NCBI GenBank assembly: GCA_020353515.1
Contig: CP070695.1
Coordinates: 2,642,155 to 2,706,154, forward strand
DNA: 64,000 nucleotides
Source: Candidatus Heimdallarchaeota archaeon
GTDB taxonomy: Archaea; Asgardarchaeota; Heimdallarchaeia; Hodarchaeales; Hodarchaeaceae
Direction of reading: 5' to 3'
The notes below the pieces were generated by a model. The model made no database searches. It was not told where the DNA came from and worked only from the letters and a program-made list of their open reading frames with translations. Positions 28,379 to 38,556 of the stretch are shown here, in pieces. Every line of letters begins with the position of its first letter. The stretch's first letter is position 1. The position numbers and the translations under genes were made by a program.

Positions 28379-30205
28379 ATGTGCGGAATCATTGCAATAA
28401 CTACTAGTTCAAAAACTAATGTTTCTAAGATGATCACTGATAGTTTAAAAAAACTTGAGTATCGCGGTTATGATAGCGTGGGAGTTGCTACCATAAATAA
28501 CGGGAAAATTGAAATCTTAAAAGATATTGGAATGATTGATAAAGTCAATAAGAGATTATCTTTGGAGAATCTTCGAGGAACTATCGGGATCGGCCACACT
28601 CGATGGGCTACTCACGGTGCGATTAACCAAGAAAACGCTCATCCACATTCAGATTGCAAGGGGAACATAATAGTTGTTCATAATGGGATAATTGAAAACT
28701 ATCTTGACCTGAAGAAAACCCTCAAAGAAAAGGGGCATTTTTTTTCATCAGAAACTGATTCAGAGGTTATTGCTCATCTTATGGAGGAAGAACTAAAACA
28801 AGATAATCCAAACTCATCAAAGATTAACGCATTCAAGAGAGTAATAAATAAAATAGAAGGAACTTATGCGATTACATTAATACACTCCAAAGATCCTGAA
28901 ACGATCTTTTTAGCCCGAAAAGATAGTCCTTTAGTTATTGGAGTTCGGGAGGATACGAAATTTGCTGCGAGTGATATCCCTGCGTTTTTAGAGTATACAA
29001 AACAAGTTATTGTTCTTAAAAATGGTGAAATTGCCACACTAACCCCTCAAGCTGTCTATATTGAAAAAAATGGCTTTAGGGTACAACCTAAACCTGTCAT
29101 TATCTCTTGGACAGCCGAAAGCGCACAAAAAAGTGGTTATCCCCATTTTATGTTGAAAGAAATTCATGAACAGCCAATTGCTCTTAAAAACACTTTGAAT
29201 ATTGACCCCCGTGTTATTGAGAAAGCCTCTAATAAAATTTTAGAAGCAGAACGAATTATTTTTTTGGCTTGTGGTACAAGTTACCATGCAGGATTATCTG
29301 GTTATCACCAGTTTCAACGTATTCTCAAAAAAAGACCTTTGTACAAAGTAATCGCTTCTGAATACGAAACATACTCACATCTAATTGATGAAGATACTTT
29401 AATCATTGCTGTCAGTCAATCTGGTGAAACATTAGATGTTATGAAAGGACTAGGGGCAGCTCGCAAAACTAGGGCTTCGATTATTTCAGTAGCCAATGTT
29501 ATTGATTCTTCTATTCCCCGATTGAGTCAGATCGCTCTTTATACTAAAGCAGGCCCAGAAATTGGTGTTGCTGCAACCAAAACTCATACTGCACAGGTTG
29601 CTCTCCTAGCACGATTAGCTCTTCAGATAGAACATGATGTCGGTCTTCTTAACACAACTGAGTTCAATGAAAATCTTGGTACTCTTGTTACAGAAGCACC
29701 TCAAATAACTCGTACAATTATCAATCAAAATGAATTCAAAGCAAAGGAATTAGCAGCAAAGATATCTAATCAAAATCATGCTTATTTTCTTGCCAGGGGA
29801 TATAATCTGCCCATTGCATTAGAAGGGGCATTGAAACTCAAAGAAATTTCATACATTCATGCTGAAGCATTTCCTGCAGGTGAAAGTAAACATGGACCTA
29901 TCGCAATTGTAGAACCAGATTTTCCAGTTGTTATAATTTCTCCAAATGATTGGACCGCAAAAAAGATGTTGAGCAGCACTGAAGAAATGCGTGCTCGAGG
30001 CGCATATATCATTTCAGTCACAGAAGAAGGTCATAATATTATCGAACGATCTGATTATCCATTTATTCTACCTACATCTCTTTCTTTACTCAGACCGATA
30101 ACTCATATCTTGCCTTTGCAAATGTTAGCCTATTATGCTGCAGTTAAAAGGGGTTTTGATCCTGATAAACCAAAAAATTTGGCTAAAACAGTGACAGTTG
30201 AATAA
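28379..30205 (+). CDS. glmS: Glutamine--fructose-6-phosphate transaminase
   Basis: MCGI, LEYRGYDS, HTRWATHG, EGALKLKE, KNLAKTVTVE. Confidence 0.98.
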   Translation: MCGIIAITTSSKTNVSKMITDSLKKLEYRGYDSVGVATINNGKIEILKDIGMIDKVNKRLSLENLRGTIGIGHTRWATHGAINQENAHPHSDCKGNIIVVHNGIIENYLDLKKTLKEKGHFFSSETDSEVIAHLMEEELKQDNPNSSKINAFKRVINKIEGTYAITLIHSKDPETIFLARKDSPLVIGVREDTKFAASDIPAFLEYTKQVIVLKNGEIATLTPQAVYIEKNGFRVQPKPVIISWTAESAQKSGYPHFMLKEIHEQPIALKNTLNIDPRVIEKASNKILEAERIIFLACGTSYHAGLSGYHQFQRILKKRPLYKVIASEYETYSHLIDEDTLIIAVSQSGETLDVMKGLGAARKTRASIISVANVIDSSIPRLSQIALYTKAGPEIGVAATKTHTAQVALLARLALQIEHDVGLLNTTEFNENLGTLVTEAPQITRTIINQNEFKAKELAAKISNQNHAYFLARGYNLPIALEGALKLKEISYIHAEAFPAGESKHGPIAIVEPDFPVVIISPNDWTAKKMLSSTEEMRARGAYIISVTEEGHNIIERSDYPFILPTSLSLLRPITHILPLQMLAYYAAVKRGFDPDKPKNLAKTVTVE

Positions 30206-30231
30206 AAGGGGAAAGTGACGACACTCTTCAA

Positions 30232-30552
30232 TTATACTTTAATTTCATAGGCATTAGATTGTTTTTCTTCTTCCTCCTCATCTACCGATATTCGATAAAA
30301 TTTATTTTCATTACCTACCTGTACACAGATAGCTCCAGGAAGATGATGTCGTGGATCTAATTTTTCAGAGAAATCGTGAAAATGTCGGACAATTTCGTCT
30401 CTAGTCTCTGAAACTGCAATTACTCGACTACCATATAACAACACCCACTTCCCCTTGCAAATTGCTTTCCTTAAAAGAGCCTGTATGCTCCAATAAGATT
30501 TTTCCTCTTGAAGATAATGATCTAGGAGTGTCAAACGATTTCTTCCGTACAA
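30232..30552 (-). CDS. Hypothetical (DUF5678-like, GKWV...VIA)
   Basis: KGKWVLLYGSRVIAVS pattern; start uncertain. Confidence 0.5.
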   Translation of the reverse strand: MYGRNRLTLLDHYLQEEKSYWSIQALLRKAICKGKWVLLYGSRVIAVSETRDEIVRHFHDFSEKLDPRHHLPGAICVQVGNENKFYRISVDEEEEEKQSNAYEIKV

Positions 30553-30778
30553 TTGATGACAATTGCATAGGCTGGAAAAAAATCATGTGACTACAAGATT
30601 AACTATTAAAAAAGCTTATGGTTGGCTATTTTTTCTACTAGAAAAAAGACCTACTATGATCATGAAATAATTTAATAACTACCAATGTGGAAATGAAAAG
30701 CCGAATTACTTTTTATATCTTGTTTTTTTCAGAGTAATTAGCGTTTTAATGTTCTATCCTAATAAATATTAAAAGAAA

Positions 30779-31327
30779 TTAAATTGGTTCGAAAAGAATC
30801 CAAAAATGAAGAGCTAAACCTAAAAATAAGCTCATTAGAATTAAACGAATTGCAGAGCCAAAGATCCGCTCACGAATTGTCCGTTCTTTACTAGTTTCCA
30901 CAAAGAATATCAGCCACAAGGTTGATAAAATTCCTAATACTGAAAAAATCAATGCGAGAGGATAATAAAGATTCTCATCAAAGTAGACAAGATTTCCAAA
31001 GAAATTTATATTTGGTTTCCAAGGAGGAAACTCCTCTGTTTCTGTTACATTTGTCCCCTCTGTTTCTTCGGCTGATGTTTGAGTTGGCGTTTCTGCTGTT
31101 GTATTTGTATCATCTTGTGCAATTACTCTTGGTACCTTGATTTTTATTGGTGAAATTTCTAGTTTAGATTTGTCTTCCTCTATATCTACCTGTGATATAT
31201 CCATTATCGAATTTTGAGAAGTGAAAACTATTGAGATCGAGATGACATTACTGAGGATAATCATTGAAATAATGGTGATAATTAGGCATTGGTTAAGTTT
31301 AGGGGACATTATTTTTCCTTTCTCCAA
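30779..31327 (-). CDS. Hypothetical membrane protein with T/E-rich linker
   Basis: N-terminal TM, NTT/NVT sequons, two C-terminal TMs. Confidence 0.65.
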   Translation of the reverse strand: MEKGKIMSPKLNQCLIITIISMIILSNVISISIVFTSQNSIMDISQVDIEEDKSKLEISPIKIKVPRVIAQDDTNTTAETPTQTSAEETEGTNVTETEEFPPWKPNINFFGNLVYFDENLYYPLALIFSVLGILSTLWLIFFVETSKERTIRERIFGSAIRLILMSLFLGLALHFWILFEPI

Positions 31328-31529
31328 GGATAGGGCTTAAATTGAAGCCTTTTTAATCGAATTTGGCTTAAAAAGGGATCTTTAAAAAACGTTCCTTTAA
31401 AACAAGTTTCTTAGTCTTTTTTGAAAGGTTTCATTCAGAATAGTCTGAACTATCAAAAAGAATATAGTTAGAGTAAAAAAAGGATTTTTCAGCTCTACTG
31501 GAATTGTAGAGAAACCATTTGGAATTAAA

Positions 31530-31623
31530 GCGCTGATGGTCTAGTCTGGTCTAGGACTCCAGCCTTCCATTCTCATTGAAGAGAAGATAGCTGGCTACCC
31601 GGGTTCAAATCCCGGTCGGCGCA
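31530..31623 (+). tRNA. tRNA-Gly(TCC), 19-nt intron at 37/38 (31570-31588)
   Basis: GCGCTGA/TCGGCGC acceptor, CCAGC/GCTGG stem, TTCAAAT; BHB core CTTC/GAAG. Confidence 0.93.
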
Positions 31624-31643
31624 TTTTTTCTTTGTTATTAGCT

Positions 31644-32885
31644 TCATGAAGGGATATACCGTAAAATTGCACAAATCCCTCCAAAATTTTGTATTTGGCG
31701 TCCTTCTTCTGTTTGGGGATTGATTATTTCGATTGTGGCACCTGTTTTTTCGGCCATATCCCCCAAATCCATAATGAGGTCTTTTTGTTTAATTTCCCAC
31801 TTAATTACATTACACTGAGAACACTGTTGTTTTTGTAGCACAGATATATAATTTTCTACTTCATCTGGTTTTACTGTTTTCTCTTCTTTATAACCACAAT
31901 TCTGACATTCAGCTTCTATTCGTATTAAATCTATCCCTTTTGAGACTAACAAGATTTCAACAGCTCCCATCTGAAGGTTCTTTCGAACTTCCTTTTCTCC
32001 ATAATTGGCTTTTCCTACTGTTAATGCATCTAGGAATTGTTGAACCAGTCGTTTTTCCTCTATTAAGACAACTCCTTCTAAAATATCTTCGATTTCTGCA
32101 ACCAATTCATTTATTCCGCTCCTGTCTCCTCCATATCCTAAATCTTTAATTCCAACTACTTTAGCCTTTAAACGATTGTCGAAATATTCAACGACTTGAT
32201 CCTTTATTTGACCAGGTCCGCCAAGAATTACACCCTTTAATTCAATACGGTCATCTTCGATAAAGAACTGTTTCATATCGTCAGCAACACGTTTTAGAAA
32301 CCGTGCAACAACCTCTTCCCGCAATCTAGCAAAACGAACACTGCTCTGGCCTCCTTTCCGATGCTTTTTTGCTGCACCGCTTCGTGTGCTTTTCACAATC
32401 TCGATTTGATCCCCTTTCAATGTTGCTATTGTTGCTTTTGCACTATCGATAGCTAATAAAGCGTAGGTATCTTTCTCAACCAAACGATCAACTAGATACT
32501 CCACATGGAAGCGATTATCACAAACATATAGTTTACGTGATATCGGTTGTGGGGGTTCAAAAACATAGGATTCAATTTTATAATCTTTATGACCAGAATC
32601 CGCGGTTGCACCTGCAAATATTGCTATACCTGATTCTGGTGATTTATGACCGTAAAGCTTCAGCTTTCCAATTACATTGCGTAAAGCTGAAACAACATTT
32701 TTTTGTGTGAACTTACTTCGAATATTTGTGGCAGTACCTACCTCATCAGTTAATTCTTGAACAAAATCAGCAATTGCTCGGTCGGGAGGTACATATAAAG
32801 ATATTAAACAAGTGCTGCCATCAGGAGATTCCTTGTTCTGCAAGTCAGTGAGCATTCTTTCGAGTTTGTACTGTTCATAGCTCAT
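31644..32885 (-). CDS. prf1: Peptide chain release factor aRF1
   Basis: TNIRS, YVCDNRF, GGQS, zinc-ribbon insert, FGGICAILRY. Confidence 0.96.
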   Translation of the reverse strand: MSYEQYKLERMLTDLQNKESPDGSTCLISLYVPPDRAIADFVQELTDEVGTATNIRSKFTQKNVVSALRNVIGKLKLYGHKSPESGIAIFAGATADSGHKDYKIESYVFEPPQPISRKLYVCDNRFHVEYLVDRLVEKDTYALLAIDSAKATIATLKGDQIEIVKSTRSGAAKKHRKGGQSSVRFARLREEVVARFLKRVADDMKQFFIEDDRIELKGVILGGPGQIKDQVVEYFDNRLKAKVVGIKDLGYGGDRSGINELVAEIEDILEGVVLIEEKRLVQQFLDALTVGKANYGEKEVRKNLQMGAVEILLVSKGIDLIRIEAECQNCGYKEEKTVKPDEVENYISVLQKQQCSQCNVIKWEIKQKDLIMDLGDMAEKTGATIEIINPQTEEGRQIQNFGGICAILRYIPS

Positions 32886-32960
32886 TCCAAATCACACATG
32901 ATAATCTCGACAAAATTCCTCTGCAATTTATGATTTAAGTAATGTATAAAAAAACCTTAG

Positions 32961-33965
32961 TCAGGTTTGTATAATAGCTCGATATCTAGGATAATTCTTA
33001 ACAAATTCATTTATTGTAAATTGATTCCAGTCACAGATTGGGGAATATTCGACGAAATCTATACAGAGAAGAGCAGCGGAATTTTTATGACATAGATACA
33101 TTATTTTTTCCAGGGTAATCAATATCTCTGTAGTTTGTTTTTGTAAACTCTCCTTCTTTTCTTGCGTAAAAGTTTCTAAATTGGAGAAAAAACCCAATGA
33201 TTTTCCTAGAAGAAGAGGTGTTTTGAATTTTCTCTCTTCTTTTTTTTCAGCGAGTATCTGTTCTATAGTCATAGAATGGCCGATAATCTTGTTTCTATGC
33301 CAATAATTCGAGTAACCTAAAAAATCTCCTTGAGAAAGTTGATAATAATCCAAATCGATACTTAAATATATTTTTTTACCTTTCAACCAAGTATTGAGGT
33401 CACGGTTTAAACTCACATCACTAAAATCTGGCTTAATGAATGGAAAAAGACTGGAAGCCTCTTCATAATCTTGACTAGTATCAGCCCATCCTCCAAATAC
33501 AGAGGTAATGCTTGCTAGTTCCTTAGTAATCCATGCTCCATGTGGTTTTTGAGAATTGGATAAATCCAGGTGAGCATCAAGAGTAATAATGCCAAAATCA
33601 TCACCATGTTGTTGCCAGTAATCCTCAGCAATTAACCTGGAAGGTGCATGAGAAGTTGCAATGTTTATCATACGGCGTTTATCTTCCCATAAAAATGTGG
33701 ATATATCGTCATATCTTCTCGTGCCCAATATATTTTCATGGAAAGACCCCTTGACAAGATTTGGAAATTTTTGTATGAAACATGGATTAATGAGTCCAGA
33801 TAAATCAATATGTGGATACAGTCTTTTTAATTCTTGGATTTTTACCACCGCCCAGTATTCTTCAGGCCAGAATAATGTCATACCATAGGTTTGAGACGGA
33901 ATACATAGTGGAAATGGGCTTATATCTCTTGAATTACACTCAGAAGTAAAAGAATTAATAGTCAT
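32961..33965 (-). CDS. Divergent arginase/ureohydrolase-fold protein
   Basis: LDAHLD, YLSIDLD, DFVEYSP. Confidence 0.7.
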   Translation of the reverse strand: MTINSFTSECNSRDISPFPLCIPSQTYGMTLFWPEEYWAVVKIQELKRLYPHIDLSGLINPCFIQKFPNLVKGSFHENILGTRRYDDISTFLWEDKRRMINIATSHAPSRLIAEDYWQQHGDDFGIITLDAHLDLSNSQKPHGAWITKELASITSVFGGWADTSQDYEEASSLFPFIKPDFSDVSLNRDLNTWLKGKKIYLSIDLDYYQLSQGDFLGYSNYWHRNKIIGHSMTIEQILAEKKEERKFKTPLLLGKSLGFFSNLETFTQEKKESLQKQTTEILITLEKIMYLCHKNSAALLCIDFVEYSPICDWNQFTINEFVKNYPRYRAIIQT

Positions 33966-33971
33966 TACTTT

Positions 33972-34652
33972 TCATGTATTTTGAATAACTGTTCCAACAT
34001 TCTTTCCTTGGATTGCTTCCTTTATCTTATCTACGTTTTTAGGACAGATTATGATACGCATATTGGTGCGTTCGCAGATCTTAGCAGCAATTAGAGTAAA
34101 TGGCGCATTTGACCCAGCACCTAATGATAATGGAGTGACAATGTCATAGAATTCTTTATAGGTTAATTCTTTGTATTTTTTCGCATCAGGGAATTTATTC
34201 GGATCTTTATCATAAATCCCATCAACATTGGTCACGTTCACAAGAATGGGAGACCCAAATAAATCAGCTAAAATTGCTGCATCCTCATCAGTCTTAATTG
34301 CTGGTAAAAATCCTCCAGATATACCAATTTTTTGAAACTGAAGGTGTTCACTTAATTTTTTCACGGTTGTAGGCAATATTGGAGAACAGTGTCCTTTGAA
34401 ATAATAAGTTAACAACTGGGCATTAAGCCAAGTTGCTGCAATTCCCATATAGTCGCGTTCACCTTCAGTCAATCCTTCAGGAAGTCCTTTGATGTATTGA
34501 CGAGCTACCTTCCCACCACCACATACAATCATGAATTTATGTTGATGTACGAACTCTTTAACTACTATGGAAAAATCTGTAAGGAATTGGGTATCAATTT
34601 CGCCAGGGTTGATGATGCTTCCACCCAAAGATAATGTAATTAGAGATTTCAT
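33972..34652 (-). CDS. pyrH: Uridylate kinase
   Basis: SLGGS, VCGGGKVARQY, TNVDGIYDKDP. Confidence 0.95.
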   Translation of the reverse strand: MKSLITLSLGGSIINPGEIDTQFLTDFSIVVKEFVHQHKFMIVCGGGKVARQYIKGLPEGLTEGERDYMGIAATWLNAQLLTYYFKGHCSPILPTTVKKLSEHLQFQKIGISGGFLPAIKTDEDAAILADLFGSPILVNVTNVDGIYDKDPNKFPDAKKYKELTYKEFYDIVTPLSLGAGSNAPFTLIAAKICERTNMRIIICPKNVDKIKEAIQGKNVGTVIQNT

Positions 34653-34825
34653 TCTTCAACTCACCAGAATTTAAAGTGTTTTGTCTCCTTAATTCTCTTT
34701 AGTTTTTTCTCTCCTGATTATGAAAATATCCTAGCTATACTCCCTCAAGAATCTATACTTTTTACTTATTTTTTTCAAGAACTAGGGATTAGGCTTCCAT
34801 CTCTCCCTTAACAAATATGAAAATA

Positions 34826-34984
34826 TGCCGAGGGTGCGATTTGAACGCACGACAACTGGATATCCATCTCACAGATGAACTGGAGACTTCAGTCCAGCGC
34901 TAACGGGATTTGATACCATTATAAAATGGTGATACTCCCGGGATTCTCATTTACTCATTAAAGTAAACTCTAAGCTACCTCGGC
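34826..34984 (-). tRNA. tRNA-Phe(GAA) with three introns (15/16, 22/23, 37/38)
   Basis: Removing 34969-34943, 34934-34902 and 34886-34862 gives a canonical 74-nt cloverleaf. Confidence 0.85.
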
Positions 34985-35069
34985 AAACGTAAATACGAAG
35001 TAATTCAGTCATTGCTAGCAAGTGATAAAAATTTTTACCTGTTTTGTAGTAAAAAATCCAAGATTACTT

Positions 35070-35258
35070 TTAATCAGTACGTCGACGCCTATTGAAATTT
35101 TTATTTGTCCAAGAATATCGACGTAGTTTTGGGTTAGGAAACCCACAATAAGCACATTGGCGCTTACGTTTGTGGTATGAACGATTACCACATCTTCGAC
35201 ATTGCATATGAGTTCGTTTAGCAGTATGTTTTCCTCGTGATGCTGTTCCTTTTGTCAT
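35070..35258 (-). CDS. rpl37e: 50S ribosomal protein L37e
   Basis: MTKGT, CRRCG, CAYCGFP. Confidence 0.97.
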   Translation of the reverse strand: MTKGTASRGKHTAKRTHMQCRRCGNRSYHKRKRQCAYCGFPNPKLRRYSWTNKNFNRRRRTD

Positions 35259-35306
35259 TTTTTACACCTCGGTTAATAATCAGGTTTTTGGCTATATTAG
35301 CTCTCC

Positions 35307-35540
35307 CTAGGGGGGAGAAATAAGAATTACATTGTCTCCTCGTAAGATAATATTTCCTAATGATTCTGTTACGGCTTCTTCCTCTTCCTTTGGAGGATAA
35401 ATCATTTCTGCATCTTCTAGGTATAAATTGAGATGGGGATCGTAACTCCGTAAGATTCCGCGAATTTCACGTTGTCCTCTCACTTTGAGAATAACCTTCT
35501 TGTTGAGAGCGGCTGTTAAGACATCTAAGGGTCTACTCAT
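35307..35540 (-). CDS. Sm-like (Lsm/SmAP1) protein
   Basis: RPLDVL, G.L.SYD.HLNL.L.DA, LRGDNV; conserved adjacency to L37e. Confidence 0.96.
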   Translation of the reverse strand: MSRPLDVLTAALNKKVILKVRGQREIRGILRSYDPHLNLYLEDAEMIYPPKEEEEAVTESLGNIILRGDNVILISPP

Positions 35541-35583
35541 AATAATTCACTTGCTAAAATTGGATATTTGTAACAAAAAGGAA

Positions 35584-35723
35584 TGCTCCGACCGGGATTT
35601 TCCAACCACAAACAGTGTGTTTGGGTTCTTTGAACCCGGGTCCTTCCGCTTAGATTCAATATTGAATTCAGCCAGATTCGGGGCGAAAGCCCGGAATGAT
35701 GGGCCGAGCTACACTATCGGAGC
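35584..35723 (-). tRNA. tRNA-Glu(TTC) with two non-canonical introns (about 44/45, 34 nt; 59/60, 31 nt)
   Basis: 5' end identical to tRNA-Glu(CTC) at 47342. Inserts at about 35676-35643 and 35628-35598; removal gives 75 nt. Confidence 0.82.
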
Positions 35724-35921
35724 AAATCCTCTTGGAATATAGCCCTTTATTGGCAATACAACCCCCTCTGCTTTAAATTAAAAAGTTTTGTTGATATATG
35801 TTTAATAATGAAACGGGTGCTAAAGGAGTGAAGCAGTATTTTTAGTTTAGTTAAAGATTAAATTAGAAACACTTTAAATCTGGATCAAACTTATTTCGTC
35901 AACGTAAGATTTGAGGATTAG

Positions 35922-36281
35922 GTGTTCATTAGAATGGTATCTTCTCACCGTCGTAAAAAACGAAAAAGATCTATAGAACGCCAAGATATCCAATTTCTAA
36001 CACAAGAAGCTATGACATTCTTCATCGAGGAGAGTATAAAAACACGTTCAACGAATCCTCTACAATCTCAAGAATTTTATCGAGCAGCTCGAAAAATTGG
36101 CAAACGTGGACGAATTCATCTTCCACATCAGTATCGAAATTATTTTTGTCGGTCGTGCAATTATCCAATAAGCATTAAAACGACAAGAATTCGTTTAAAT
36201 AGTAAAAAAAGGCAGATTCATTATTTTTGTTTTAACTGTAGGAAGGAGCAGCGATTTGGTTATAATAAGAGATCAGAATAA
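35922..36281 (+). CDS. rnp4: RNase P protein Rpp21 (Rnp4)
   Basis: FCRSC...RIRL...CFNC...RFGY. Confidence 0.85.
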   Translation: MFIRMVSSHRRKKRKRSIERQDIQFLTQEAMTFFIEESIKTRSTNPLQSQEFYRAARKIGKRGRIHLPHQYRNYFCRSCNYPISIKTTRIRLNSKKRQIHYFCFNCRKEQRFGYNKRSE

Positions 36282-36296
36282 GAAGGAGTAATAACC

Positions 36297-36632
36297 ATGT
36301 ATATTGCCATTTATACAACATTTGATAGTCCGGAGGAGGCAAAGAAATTTGCACACCTTTTACTTGAGAAAAAACTTGCAGCTTGTGTGAATCTAATTTC
36401 GGATGTCCAATCCATCTATCGTTGGAAAGGAAAGATTGAGGAAGCAAACGAAATAATCCTGTGGTGCAAGACACAAGATTTTTTGGTTGAAGAAATCCAA
36501 TCAATGATCCAAGAATCTCATTCATATGAATTACCAGCTTTTGTGGTCTATCCAATTCACTCAGGGAGCGAAAAATATCTAAAATGGATAGCTGATGAGA
36601 CTCAACCAGTTAAACATCGATCAAAACCTTAA
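36297..36632 (+). CDS. cutA: CutA divalent-cation tolerance protein
   Basis: KLAACVN, SIYRWKG, HSYELP, YLKWI. Confidence 0.95.
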   Translation: MYIAIYTTFDSPEEAKKFAHLLLEKKLAACVNLISDVQSIYRWKGKIEEANEIILWCKTQDFLVEEIQSMIQESHSYELPAFVVYPIHSGSEKYLKWIADETQPVKHRSKP

Positions 36633-37644
36633 ATCGATTATTAACTTCTTCTGTGCTTACATCAACATCAAGTGAGTCTTTTATCAAGTTAATATTGGTT
36701 TTAGTATGGTTAGATAAATAAGGAGTGAAAAAAGAACTAGAATTTGAAGCTAATGCCATGATAGGCAGAATTTGATCAGCTAAAAAAGGATCAACGGTAC
36801 TTCTACTCTTTATGGTAATAGAATAACGCTTGAACGCATTTTGGCCTACTTTTTCTGCAGGAAGCTTTCGTTCACCAACAAAATCACCGCTAATTACAGC
36901 TTTTTCAGCTTTTGAGTATATTAATACACCAGAACCAGGATTAGCTGAATTTACTGATTCTTTGAGAATCTTTGGATCAATATCTTGTTTTTCTAGAGCT
37001 GTTGCGATTGTATTCGCCTGTCTTTCTGCAACTCGTGCCCTTTGAAGGTGTTTTGACTCGAAGGATAAAATATTGGCTACTTTTGGTTTCTTAAATACTT
37101 CTAGATCCAACCCCTGTATATGAGAGGGAGAACGTAATTTAGCTGAAACACGTGCACCTCCTTTGGGATAAAATCCATGTCGAGAGATTTCAGTTTTAAG
37201 ATCAAAATTCATATTGCGAAAGATTTCCCAAGTGACATGATTTACATAAGGAATACTAGGTGCCCATTTTCCAAAAGTAGCCCCTCCCTGAAATTCAACT
37301 TCCAAATCATGATTCCTCACTCCAAGGATAGCTACCTGAAGAGATTGTAATATTAATCCCAGACTACCTGCTGTAGAAACATGAATTTTCAGGTTAGAAC
37401 GCCAAGAATTACAAGGTACAAAAATAATAGTTCCTGATCCGAGATTATCCCCATCTAAATCACCCCCACAAAATTCAGCTAATGCTCGGAGACCTACAAG
37501 ATGTTGCGTTTGGAGTCCTGGCTTCGGACGGTTTTTACGAATATTTACAATTTTTATAGATTCTTGTGTCACGAGAGCTAGAGACGTCGCTAATCGAAGA
37601 ATAGATCCTCCTCCTTCACCTACACTGCCATCATAAACATGCAT
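36610..37644 (-). CDS. rtcA: RNA 3'-terminal phosphate cyclase
   Basis: DGSVGEGGG.ILR, R.NRPKPGL..QH, GFYPKGG, LADQ, HTKTN. Confidence 0.95.
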   Translation of the reverse strand: MHVYDGSVGEGGGSILRLATSLALVTQESIKIVNIRKNRPKPGLQTQHLVGLRALAEFCGGDLDGDNLGSGTIIFVPCNSWRSNLKIHVSTAGSLGLILQSLQVAILGVRNHDLEVEFQGGATFGKWAPSIPYVNHVTWEIFRNMNFDLKTEISRHGFYPKGGARVSAKLRSPSHIQGLDLEVFKKPKVANILSFESKHLQRARVAERQANTIATALEKQDIDPKILKESVNSANPGSGVLIYSKAEKAVISGDFVGERKLPAEKVGQNAFKRYSITIKSRSTVDPFLADQILPIMALASNSSSFFTPYLSNHTKTNINLIKDSLDVDVSTEEVNNRFKVLIDV

Positions 37645-37725
37645 TTAGAAACCCCTTTGAAATAGAAGTGATAAATATGTTGAAAGAAAATATGGGTTAA
37701 TGATCTTTACTTCTAGTAAAATACG

Positions 37726-37938
37726 CTATCCTGCTCTCTCTTTTCGTTTGGGGCGTAATCTTGTTGAGCGACATCGTCGACATTTAGTTGCTCCTGGAGG
37801 ATTTCGGGCATAACACTTTCTACAGATCATCATATCAAGTAGTGCCTTACGAACAATGTCTCGTTTCTCAGGCTCGGTGATTGGCATTGTTTTAAGTTCC
37901 TTTTTAATGGTTAGCTTTGTATCAAGCTTTTCTTCCAT
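37726..37938 (-). CDS. rpl40e: 50S ribosomal protein L40e
   Basis: ICRKCYARNP..ATKCRRC...LRPK; AGGTGA SD at the upstream ATG. Confidence 0.95.
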   Translation of the reverse strand: MEEKLDTKLTIKKELKTMPITEPEKRDIVRKALLDMMICRKCYARNPPGATKCRRCRSTRLRPKRKERAG

Positions 37939-38556
37939 GGATCACCTTTCATTCAAGAACCAAAAGTTTTTCTCTGGAATTGGTGATGAAATATTATCAT
38001 TTTGAGGGATTTTACCTAAATTTAAATTCTTTCTTGTTAATTAGAAGCCAAAATTGCAGAAAAAATGTGGTTATGAGAATTTTCTCTATAATTGCCATAA
38101 AATGATCTAAAATCATCATTAATGATGAAATCATACCCCGTCTAAAACTTTAAGTTCAAATTGGTGAGCATGATGATATTTTTAATATCTCGTATGCAAA
38201 ATGCAGTAATGATGTTATAATTCCACTTTTTTCCTTCTCTACAAGTGAAAGTGATATGATTTATTTGGAAAACACACCTCCATGTTTTTTAATCTTCTAA
38301 GACTTAACAACCTTGCTTAGAATTCAAATCATGATTACAAGTTATATTATCTTCTCGTGACAATAGTTTGGTAATTCCCCCCGCCCCCCCCTATTTCGAG
38401 TGTAAAATATGAGAAAAAACGACAAAAATGAAGAATAAATCCAAATCGCAACCTCCATAACGATTAATTATCCCCGTACTATTTCCAGAAAACATTAATA
38501 AATAAGAAAAAACCAATAGTAACATGAAGCAAAAATTCGGACAAGGTGAGACCTCA

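Noticed and set aside
35485-35742. 85-aa ORF
   Set aside because: Lies antisense over tRNA-Glu(TTC) and the Lsm gene.
38113-38180. Possible C/D box sRNA (two ATGATGA; palindrome TCATCATTAATGATGA)
   Set aside because: No properly spaced CTGA D box.
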